A stretch of 63,222 nt of DNA, the filler included, from Sluysia triapertura (Eukaryota): NCBI GenBank assembly GCA_046118255.1. It is 5 parts of 5 records of this genome, joined end to end, with 100 filler letters (N's around TTAATTAATTAA, not from the genome) between each part and the next. Parts side by side here need not be neighbours in the genome. Positions count along the whole stretch, not along the records: positions 48,875 to 63,222 come from JBJNIA010262617.1; 4 more parts are not named here. One strand, written 5' to 3'. The notes under the pieces are model-generated. The model did not search any database and was not told the origin of the DNA. It saw only the letters and a program-made list of their open reading frames with translations. Shown here piece after piece: positions 52,764 through 61,371 of this stretch. The stretch's first letter is position 1. Each line of letters starts with the position of its first letter. Position numbers and translations under genes: made by a program.

Positions 52764-55700
52764 TACTCAGCCGCTCCCCTGGTTCCCTGTTGACGGGAAT
52801 CTCTCAGGGCAGTCTTTTGTTCTGGAGTCAATTTTTCCCACTCTTCTCTTGGCAAGAATGTACTTTTCTTTTGTTGATTCTGCGGGGCATTAGGAGCTGA
52901 GAATCTCCTTGGTGTGGGTTGGGATCTCTGAGGCTGTTGTCTAGGTGCTGGCCCAGATATAGGTGCCCTACTTTGGGGCGTGGCGGGCTGCTTTACAGCC
53001 GCCTTAGTTTGTGGTCTTTGGTTCTGGGCTGACCCTTGCTCCCTTCTTTGTTCAAAATACTGGTGTTCCAGATCATAGGATGTGACTGCCGCATCTATCT
53101 GGGAGAGCTTGGTGCCATGTATGGGCATTTTTACAAAGGTGAGTTCTCCTCTCCGCCCCTTGGTCACCATCCTTAGGGCTTTGACATACCGGGACGGGGG
53201 AATGCTCTGTTGCAGTTGATGCCACACCGAGCGTAGGCGTAACCCCTTGTCCAGTCGTTTTCTGGCCCTTTGGATTTGGGCGTCTTCTTCGTCCTCATCC
53301 TCCAGGACCAGCCTTTCATAATGCTCCTGGGCCGTTTCGTTTTTGTTTATTGGCACTGCAGAAATGTGAGAGAGCCATAATCTTTTAGCCCCCTCACTTT
53401 CTGTGGAGCTGCTCACCAGGGGCCACACATCTTTGATGTAGCTTTCTTCCCCCTCCTCTGGTCTCCTTTCTCTTATCAAGATTTTGATCTTTTTGTACTC
53501 TCTGAAGTCATCCGCCTGTGAGCTGGCCATTTTGATGTTTTTATCTGGTTCTGGTTCAGGTTTAACAGAGACATTAGATGGGGGGTTGTATTCATCCTCC
53601 TCTTCCAGGAGAATGTCCTCATTTACCTTTCTTTCTGTTTCCTTGGCATAGCCATAAGCGGCCTTCTTCATTTTCCTTAACAGGACGTCGTGTGCGATGC
53701 CCATATAAGCCAGTCTGAAGTTCGCCGTTATGGGCTGACAGGCTGCGAGGGTAGGAAAAGAGGGCATCATGAGGATGTTAGCCCATTCCCCTACAGTGGC
53801 TTTAACTTTCAATTCCACCTGTTCTTCTACTCTCCCCTGCCACACAGGTGGAATGTCATAGTCTCTTTGCCCTGCTTCGGGGACATAGGCTTTCCGCTCG
53901 TCGATGGTTTGCAGAGGTCCCCATACTAGCTCTCTGGCCAGTCTTTCGGAGGCCCGGAGGACATCAAACACTTCCACCTGCTTTTTCGTCCCTTTCCGTT
54001 GAGCCATCCGAAGCTGCTTTCGGACAATCCCAGTCTGGGCCGCTACCGACCCCATGCTCATGTCATCATCGGAGTCATTGTCACAGGTGTTTTCCTGTGC
54101 TCCCTCCGGATTTCGGTCCTCCACACTCTCTAGGTCCTCACGTTCCAGTCGTTCACACTCATTCAGGGGTTTCATTTTCACTGGGGCGCTTAGCATCAGT
54201 CCTTGCCCTTGTTGTTGATTTACCTCACTCATTTCTTCAACTCCGGGGCCGCAGTCCTGTTGGTGCCACGCCGTGGACTGGGACGGCTGAGGGGATTGAT
54301 AGTCGCGGGGTCCCCACTGTCGTTCTTGGTCACCCTCAGGACTGTCGGGCTTGGCTGGCTGGCTGAGTTCTTTTGGTCTAGGTTCTTGCCTGTTTAGTGG
54401 CGGTAGGGCCCGATTTAATCGGTCCTGATACAAGTTTGTGGCTGTCACCACCACAATTTCCTTCAAGGATCCTGCCACATGCATGATCTTTGCGGTGTAA
54501 TTCATGGACTGCACAGCCACTTTTTCCGCTACTTCCCAGGGTAGATCATTGGAGCGCAGGCCACACACGCAGAGCACCACTCTCCTGAAGCCTCTGCTCA
54601 TGGCCTCATTCAAACCCCTTTCAATGACTTGCAGCATGAGTTTTTGATACTTGCTTAGATCATATTCATTTTGGTAGGGGATTATCGGCGCATGGATGAC
54701 AGCATAATATGGGAGGTTGGCCCCACTTGTGAGTTTTACTTCATCATCCTCTTCACTCTTTTTCTCTTGTCTCAGCTCTTTAATTTCTTTTTGGTATTCT
54801 TTGCCAGCCACTTTGGACAATTTTTTCCTGAAATTGGTGTTGAGGATCTTGTAATTGGGGTTGGTGAAAACCAACAGTCCGTCTCCTTCAATTTCCCAAG
54901 GGTCACCTATGAACTGACACAGGCGCATCCCGTTTTGCATCTTTATTATCTTGGCTTTCACCGGTATTGGGGCTAGCATGGCCTGCATCCCCAAATCCAG
55001 TGTCGCCAGATTCCTCTTTTTGTCCAGGGGCTTCACATAATCGGTTAGGGGCCTTGGGGATTTTTTGTAGCTTGGCCCGGCTTGGTGGTAATCAGCCAGT
55101 ACCACTTTGTCTTCCTCTTGGGGGTCTTCCAAGCTGGTACTTTGGAACTGATAAGTTAGTTGCTTTACTGCCGTAGGGGTTTTTCTTGTATATTCTTTCT
55201 GTTGTTCTTTCATCATGCTTTTCAGTCTCTCCATTCCTGTACGTGAAAAGGGGTCCTGGGGCTCTTGCGGGGTTGACTTATGTCTATGAGGGGCCTTTTT
55301 CCCTTCATTTACCATTTCAAAGGAGTCTGACACCGGGGGGCCCCGGATGGGTCTTGGGGCCCTCTCCCGGGACTCCTCCATCTGCCGTTGAAAGGCCTCC
55401 TCTTTTTGGGGATCAGCCTCGGCGTCATCAGTCCTAAAGGGATTGAGGGGACCCTCTTCTGAGTCACTTATCTCAATCACGACTGATTCCACCGGCTCCC
55501 CGATGCCCCCATACCTCTTGTGGTCACTTTCTCTGTTTCCCTCATCGTGCCGCTGCTCTTCACTCTGCGTCGGCAACTCACATTGGCTGATTTGGTCTGC
55601 GTCCAGTGGAACGTCCTCTATTTTTTCCCTTTGATACTCAGCCAGCTGGTCCCAGAACTCTTGAAACTCTGCATACCGGGGGGCTGCTTTGGTCTTGGAG

Positions 55701-56161
55701 TTTACAAGGACATACTGGAGACCCGTAGCCTTAGCAGTCATTTTTACGACCGCGTCGTATTTTTCTGCTGGGCTTATTAGGGTCCTTATCCTTCTGTCCT
55801 TCCAGGCCATTAGCAGGCCTGTCCACCATTCCAGCCACTCCCTGATGCCGTCCCTTTTGTTCAGTTTGAGGGGATGCTTGACCACGGCCAGCCTCGCTCC
55901 AGCATAGGCTTTTGGACCTACATACGCCTGGTGGTCTCGCATGTAATCCTCCAGCTGCCGTTGGGCCTCAGAGGGGTCAAGTCGCACGTGGTAGATGACC
56001 AGTGTTCCTTTTGCTTGGGGGTTCCATTCATGGCTCCCCTCGCCGTAGAGCATTACCTGGTAGGGGAGATTGACCTCAGCCTCCGCGTTCCCGCGGGATC
56101 TTGATAGCTGGGTCTCATCCCCTACTCCTTTCCATTCCTCATCCGATAGCGCTTCTGCCAT
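52763..56161 (-). CDS. gag: Gag-position polyprotein (1132 aa from the first ATG) with an internal macrodomain
   Basis: Lies between the PBS and pol. First ATG at 56161 in ACGATGG context (the ORF track starts at an upstream TTG). No CCHC knuckle; Q/P/R-rich tail. Macro-like segment at ~54435-54930. Confidence 0.85.
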   Translation of the reverse strand: MAEALSDEEWKGVGDETQLSRSRGNAEAEVNLPYQVMLYGEGSHEWNPQAKGTLVIYHVRLDPSEAQRQLEDYMRDHQAYVGPKAYAGARLAVVKHPLKLNKRDGIREWLEWWTGLLMAWKDRRIRTLISPAEKYDAVVKMTAKATGLQYVLVNSKTKAAPRYAEFQEFWDQLAEYQREKIEDVPLDADQISQCELPTQSEEQRHDEGNRESDHKRYGGIGEPVESVVIEISDSEEGPLNPFRTDDAEADPQKEEAFQRQMEESRERAPRPIRGPPVSDSFEMVNEGKKAPHRHKSTPQEPQDPFSRTGMERLKSMMKEQQKEYTRKTPTAVKQLTYQFQSTSLEDPQEEDKVVLADYHQAGPSYKKSPRPLTDYVKPLDKKRNLATLDLGMQAMLAPIPVKAKIIKMQNGMRLCQFIGDPWEIEGDGLLVFTNPNYKILNTNFRKKLSKVAGKEYQKEIKELRQEKKSEEDDEVKLTSGANLPYYAVIHAPIIPYQNEYDLSKYQKLMLQVIERGLNEAMSRGFRRVVLCVCGLRSNDLPWEVAEKVAVQSMNYTAKIMHVAGSLKEIVVVTATNLYQDRLNRALPPLNRQEPRPKELSQPAKPDSPEGDQERQWGPRDYQSPQPSQSTAWHQQDCGPGVEEMSEVNQQQGQGLMLSAPVKMKPLNECERLEREDLESVEDRNPEGAQENTCDNDSDDDMSMGSVAAQTGIVRKQLRMAQRKGTKKQVEVFDVLRASERLARELVWGPLQTIDERKAYVPEAGQRDYDIPPVWQGRVEEQVELKVKATVGEWANILMMPSFPTLAACQPITANFRLAYMGIAHDVLLRKMKKAAYGYAKETERKVNEDILLEEEDEYNPPSNVSVKPEPEPDKNIKMASSQADDFREYKKIKILIRERRPEEGEESYIKDVWPLVSSSTESEGAKRLWLSHISAVPINKNETAQEHYERLVLEDEDEEDAQIQRARKRLDKGLRLRSVWHQLQQSIPPSRYVKALRMVTKGRRGELTFVKMPIHGTKLSQIDAAVTSYDLEHQYFEQRREQGSAQNQRPQTKAAVKQPATPQSRAPISGPAPRQQPQRSQPTPRRFSAPNAPQNQQKKSTFLPREEWEKLTPEQKTALRDSRQQGTRGAAE

Positions 56162-56336
56162 CGTGTTCCTGTCCTTATAGAAGTCGTTGGTCTCCAAAAG
56201 TCTCCTGGCCGCGGTTCCAGGTCAGAGATGGGAGCCAACTGTTGTTTGGCTACTTATCCCACTCTTTGGGGGCGTATGCCACGCCCAGTGGGATCCTCCT
56301 TCCCCTCCTGCGTGCCACGCAGTTCCTGTAGGGGTC

Positions 56337-56362
56337 GGTGACCAGCGGCCTAGCTAGTCACC
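56337..56362 (-). promoter_or_regulatory. Candidate dimerisation/packaging hairpin
   Basis: GGUGACUAGC-UAGGCC-GCUGGUCACC: 10-bp stem with a GGCC palindrome in the loop, located between the PBS and gag. Confidence 0.55.
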
Positions 56363-56479
56363 TTGCGATCCGCTTCCTTTGCTTGCTGATCGCCGCAGTC
56401 GATTCCAATCGACCGTTTCCTTTCCTGGAGGGTTTCCACCTGTCAGAAAAGACACTGAGGGTCCCCTAAAACCTTTGGG

Positions 56480-56497
56480 GTCCCTGTTCGGGCGCCA
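56480..56497 (-). promoter_or_regulatory. Primer-binding site, tRNA-Lys3
   Basis: TGGCGCCCGAACAGGGAC, the same 18-mer as the HIV-1 PBS. Confidence 0.96.
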
Positions 56498-58339
56498 TAA
56501 GACTATCCTCGTGTTAGCACAGTCTTCAGTTTACCTGTAAAACACACAAGTCTAAAAACTGTACAAAATGTTGTCACTCCTCCGTCTCTGGGGTTAGGAT
56601 GTTCTTCAAACGCGGACAGGAGGTTCCTGATCCACTGATGAGAGCACCTGCTCGAGTGACCTGGGGAGAGGGGCTTATCCTAGCAATGGCTGCATTCATC
56701 TGTAGGATATATCCCTGTTTCATTCAGATTAAATACCTCTTACTGAGTAGCCTGGCCGAGAGGATTCAATCCAAAGATCCTACATTCACTGCAGTCCCCC
56801 TCAGTGATAGCTGCACTTGTTACCGGCTAGGAAGTATTTAGTAACTTGGATTTAAGTTACTGGGATATTATTTTAAATTCCTTAATCTACTAAGGCAACC
56901 GATAAGATTAACAATTCTTTTGATGTTGTGAACTCAGTTTTACCATTTACCACATTTATTTAGGGATCATTACTCCCATAGACATTACTTCAATCATTGA
57001 ATGTCCACACATGATAATTTAGAATTTTAAAATGCTTTGCTTTTATTAGCTTTGCTTTTAGCAGGGGGTTATATGGTTACAAATTGTCATTGCAATACAT
57101 AAAAATGTTAACAATCTTGATTAATAAATTCACTCTTTCCCTAAGCTGAATAACCATAAAATAAATCAAATGAAAATTCGTTCGAATGAGCTCAGAGCTA
57201 GGGAGTGATCAACCATTACCTCAAGTAGTTGACTCATCCTAGAAGCAACTTCAAGCTTAGAAGCCCTCCAATCTTTAGATCAGCAGGATGGACGATGGGT
57301 TCTTCCTCCTTAAAGTGCTACAGCCTGTTGCTGCTGATCATGAGCTTCTGTCTTGAAATCCGTTGCTGTAATTCAAACTCTGTGCCTCTGCAAGCACCAG
57401 TTTTTCCAGCTTCTGAGTTCTCCAATCCTTTCGAACTCAGATCCTCTTCAGTTGGTGTCCTGATGGCTGCATCTGTTGCTGAGCACTGGAGTGAAGTTCG
57501 GGGTAGAGCCGATGAAGCACCCCGATGAAGAACCGGGCTCTTAAGCCATACAGTCCTTTTTATACTATTAAATTACATGAGTGTGTATGTGCTGTACTTC
57601 ATGCACCAATCATTTAGTTTTTGCATTACCTCAGTTTGCATCAGCCTCAACTTGTAACAATTTGGTTGGTCAAGGTCTCTCAATCTCCTCCCAAATGAGC
57701 TCATCCGACACTTACAACATTTCATACTTTCCCATTATCTCATTGTCATCCTTTTAACTGATAAAACACATTTAGCAATCATCTTTGTCCTTCTATGGTC
57801 AAAACTAATTACTTCGTTTTAAAGTTTACCAAAATCAAAACTGATTACATTGTGTAAAATCATTCTTTCATAACTCCTTATAATCATCTTCACACAGTGA
57901 TCAAAACATTCTTAAAACATTCTGTCTAAGAGTAATACAATGATTTACTACAGTGATAAGTTCATTAATCAATCAGTTACCCCTTTTTAAGAGTAATACA
58001 ACCATTCATAAAAATCATAGATCATAAATCAGTTACTTTATCTTCTAATGTTTTATTATAAGAAAAGGAATATAGTTTTGTCAAGTTCTGCTAAGTTCTG
58101 CGTTGCCTGCTGCTCAGCTCCTGCTTACTTTCAGTTCCTCAATTTGGCCGCGCAGAGGTCTGACTCACCCTGCATCTGGAATGTCCCTATCTTCTCCTAC
58201 TCATGATCTCATGCGTGTGGCAATATCACAACCGTTATATTCTCCAACATGCATTTTATTCTTATATACAACTTTTAGTCTCTTTTTTCCCTCCGACACG
58301 GAAATCTCCAACCTTCTCATGTTCTCCACTATCTTGACA
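56498..58339 (-). repeat. LTR (~1.84 kb), single copy in the window
   Basis: Starts TGTCAAGA right after the PPT and ends at the PBS. TATAAAAA at 57557-57564; AATAAA at 57042-57047 and 56955-56960. No second copy is present to confirm the boundaries. Confidence 0.82.
57557..57564 (-). promoter_or_regulatory. LTR TATA box
   Basis: TATAAAAA with an inverted CCAAT ~45 nt upstream (57606-57610). Confidence 0.7.
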
Positions 58340-59710
58340 CCCCCTCCTTGGAGAGAGAACGTGTCGGAGATCCCATCGACCAAACCGAGATGGTCGTCGT
58401 TGGTGTGGAGAGCGGCTTCTAGGAGATTTCTCGGAAAGATCACCTGCATCCATGCGGGACGAGACTGTAGGTGGAGAACGGGATGAAGAGCGGGGCAGAG
58501 ACCCGCGGTCTTGTCCAAGTACCGACTGAGAAGGCCAATCCCAGCCGTTCCTGCGGTACCAGGAAGCCGGGGCTGTAGGGGAGGTAGGGCGTTGCAGAAA
58601 GCGACGGTCAAACCAGGTAGAGTTGGACGAGCGTCGTTTTGATTTCTTTCTTGAACGAGTACCTGGGGCTCGGGAACTTGCTGTGGCATGGGGTTGAGCT
58701 GGTGTAGGGGGGGCCGTGATGTCGGATGGCGCAGGAGAAAACACAAAGGCATCCGCCTGTAGTTCCCCATCCTCACGCTGTTCCTCACCCTTCGTTGGAG
58801 TGCTAGGGGGAGTTACAGGGCCGCTGTTGTCTATCAGGGTCGCCTGTTGCAGCGCTGCCACAGCTGCTCTGGTTTCGTCGTCAGACGGAGCGGGTACTGG
58901 GTCAGGCGAGGCGACCGAGGACTTATCACCAGCGCAGGGGATTGACTCCGGAGAGCTGACAGGACTTAAGTGTTGGGTTGATAGAAACACTTGCCTATTA
59001 GAATCAGTGGCCGGTTGACAATGGCTGTGGACAGGGTCAGGTCCCAACGGGTGAGTGTTAGGGCCATCCAGAGAGTCCTGCTGTGGGCGGTCGGTGCATA
59101 CCAGTGGTGTGAAGACTGGATCGTCGAACATGTCCAGCCAGTTAGAGGGAAGGGGTTGGAAGTCTTCCGCTTTGATGGTGGGCTGAGGCTGTAACATGGA
59201 AGCCAGAGCGCCAGGTTGCTCAGGTGAATGCGTTGAGCCGGCTTCGGAAGTTAGAGCCGGGGACGAACCTGAGATGCTGCGGATGGCCACCATTGTGTCA
59301 GACAAGGTGTGAAGACTGACATAGACCTCCTCCGTGTTGTGGGCCCTCCACACTTTCTGCGTCAAGGGGACGAGCAGGCCGTTGCTCCCCATAGATGGAA
59401 TACTGGGGCAGCTAACTGGATCATCCCAGGAGGAACACCACAGCAGACCACAATTGCGTTGCACCGCTCCACAGGTTTCAGCCGGGACTGTCGGGCCATC
59501 GTACAGCGCTCCACGACACAGGATGGAACTGGCCAGGGGATAGGCAAAAGCGCTGTTGTAGCATTGGTCACACCAGTATGCATGTCGATAACCCCACATG
59601 AATGGGTGCTTGCCAGCAGCAGAGCGACAGAGTCGACATGAAACGCTGAGAGCCTGTAACATAACAGAACTTGAACAGAAAATGCCACACAAAATCAAAA
59701 AGAAAGTCAT
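58262..59710 (-). CDS. Accessory protein: Cys-rich N-terminus, S/P-rich middle, basic NLS and RS-rich tail; overlaps U3
   Basis: 482-aa ORF with CRLC, HAYWCDQC, RSRKKSKRR and KSPRSRSP. Candidate splice acceptor TTACAG|G at 59654. Confidence 0.75.
   Translation of the reverse strand: MTFFLILCGIFCSSSVMLQALSVSCRLCRSAAGKHPFMWGYRHAYWCDQCYNSAFAYPLASSILCRGALYDGPTVPAETCGAVQRNCGLLWCSSWDDPVSCPSIPSMGSNGLLVPLTQKVWRAHNTEEVYVSLHTLSDTMVAIRSISGSSPALTSEAGSTHSPEQPGALASMLQPQPTIKAEDFQPLPSNWLDMFDDPVFTPLVCTDRPQQDSLDGPNTHPLGPDPVHSHCQPATDSNRQVFLSTQHLSPVSSPESIPCAGDKSSVASPDPVPAPSDDETRAAVAALQQATLIDNSGPVTPPSTPTKGEEQREDGELQADAFVFSPAPSDITAPPTPAQPHATASSRAPGTRSRKKSKRRSSNSTWFDRRFLQRPTSPTAPASWYRRNGWDWPSQSVLGQDRGSLPRSSSRSPPTVSSRMDAGDLSEKSPRSRSPHQRRPSRFGRWDLRHVLSPRRGCQDSGEHEKVGDFRVGGKKETKSCI
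58340..58349 (-). promoter_or_regulatory. 3-prime polypurine tract
   Basis: AAGGAGGGGG immediately before the TG that starts the LTR. Confidence 0.88.
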
Positions 59711-59779
59711 AAAAGCAGACTGTCCCTATATATATATATATATGAATCAAAAATGCACATGCAGCGAGAGCCTATATAA

Positions 59780-61255
59780 TTAAGAATCATTATTCTGTCT
59801 GCGTTGGCGGATGGATCTGAGCCACACAGAGTCAAGAGGAGGCGAGGACTCAGGCGGAGGTGGTTCATGTAGGGCCGCTGCATCAGTGAAGAAGGTGGCG
59901 TAGGTCATGAACCAGGCAAGGATAGGCATTTCACTGATCAAACCTAACCAGTACAGGACTGCATAGATTCCCCAGACTGAGCCCCAACAAAGCAGGGCTA
60001 TGAATTTCAGCAACCACTTGTGCTTCAAGTGGCCTTTCAGGGCGCAGATTTGTCTGCCGATGTAGAAGACCACCCCTGCTGCCAACAGAGCTTCCCAAAG
60101 GGCCAGGAAGATGCGTTCAGGGGTGTAACGGCCATGGGGCTGTAGGGCATGAGGGAGTCTGACCAGCTCAATGATCATGATCAGGCTGTCAATCAGAACC
60201 CAGGACCCCAGCATTCCCATCTGGATCATGTTGAGTTTCACCCGGCCCTGCATGTAGGTTATGAAGAGGGGTAAGGCCAGCTCTTGCTTTTTGGCCAAAC
60301 CATAGAGGATCAACTTCAGGTAGCTTTGTCCAGCTGTGAAGAACCGCATGGGTTGATAGTAGGTCCAGATCCCGGAGTGGCAGTAACAGAACCAAGCGAA
60401 CAGCAGAGTGTAATACTCAGCTGTGGTAACTTCAAATGGGGTCGGCCCGGTCTGATCTTTGTCGGGGAGGGTTTGGTTGATTACAATGGTTCTTCTGCTG
60501 CAAACTTCTGAGTCTGGCAGCTCCGTTGAGTTATTAGAATCGTCACCCTCCCCTGCAGACCGTCGTTCAGGCACTGACCCGTCTTCATCGCTGGTCTGAT
60601 TCCCAGGGATAGGGGCTGCAGGACTCGGGTCCGCCGGTGGCTGGGTCGGTGCGGCAGATAAATCTAAGTCTGCTTCCGACGAGCCGACCTGTCCAGACCC
60701 TTCCATTTCAGGACTCGGGTCCGCAGGTGGCTGGGTCGGTGCGGCCGATGAATCTGAGTCCGCTTCCGACAAGCCAAACTGTGCAGACCCATCCTCGTCC
60801 CCGATGTCAATCCTTGGAGGGATGAGGTTGGTCCTGTCCGCCGCTGAGGGAGAATGTCCGTGTGAAGAGTCAGGCGTGCCGGACTCATTCAGCTCGGCTT
60901 GGCCAACCTCAGGGGCTTGGTGCCCAGGGACCGGGTACAACCGGGTCGACTCTTCTTGTGGAGAGTCAAGACCATGGGACCCAGTCCGGTTGGGAAAGCC
61001 GTCCTCAGCAGCTGAGCGATCATGTCCTTGGTGCACAACTGCGGGAGCAGGGGTTGCTGGAGGCGGGGTTGTTGCCTCGTCGTAGTCATCGTAGTCATCC
61101 GCCGCAGCTGCGTCCAAGGCCAGACGCAAGAGCGCGTCTGAGTCTGAGGAGTTGGGATCAATTGCGGTTCCCGAGGGTCCGGTATGTTGCTCCAGGTCCC
61201 CTAGGGTGAAAACAGAGATCATGGCAGCGATGATACTCACAGCCCGTAGGTCCAT
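59780..61255 (-). CDS. Accessory membrane protein: signal peptide, acidic mucin-like stalk, about 5-6 TM segments
   Basis: 491-aa ORF starting MDLRAVSIIAAMISVFTLG; ~250 aa rich in D/E/S/P/T; several hydrophobic segments in the last ~210 aa. Confidence 0.8.
   Translation of the reverse strand: MDLRAVSIIAAMISVFTLGDLEQHTGPSGTAIDPNSSDSDALLRLALDAAAADDYDDYDEATTPPPATPAPAVVHQGHDRSAAEDGFPNRTGSHGLDSPQEESTRLYPVPGHQAPEVGQAELNESGTPDSSHGHSPSAADRTNLIPPRIDIGDEDGSAQFGLSEADSDSSAAPTQPPADPSPEMEGSGQVGSSEADLDLSAAPTQPPADPSPAAPIPGNQTSDEDGSVPERRSAGEGDDSNNSTELPDSEVCSRRTIVINQTLPDKDQTGPTPFEVTTAEYYTLLFAWFCYCHSGIWTYYQPMRFFTAGQSYLKLILYGLAKKQELALPLFITYMQGRVKLNMIQMGMLGSWVLIDSLIMIIELVRLPHALQPHGRYTPERIFLALWEALLAAGVVFYIGRQICALKGHLKHKWLLKFIALLCWGSVWGIYAVLYWLGLISEMPILAWFMTYATFFTDAAALHEPPPPESSPPLDSVWLRSIRQRRQNNDS
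60621..60800. repeat. In-frame 90-nt tandem duplication
   Basis: Two GGACTCGGGTCCGC... units at 60621 and 60711, encoding GS.Q.G.SEAD.D.SAAPTQPPADPS. Confidence 0.92.
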
Positions 61256-61371
61256 GGCTTTGGGTAGGTATTGATGAAAAGTGGTTTGGGGATTTCAAGC
61301 GAGAAGTTTCTTCGTCCTGTGCCTTCCTTGTCCTCAGCCCGAATGCCTCTCCGTCCTCCTAGACTGTGCTT

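Noticed and set aside
56162-56197. Gag start at 56197
   Set aside because: It is a TTG; the first ATG, in strong context, is at 56161.
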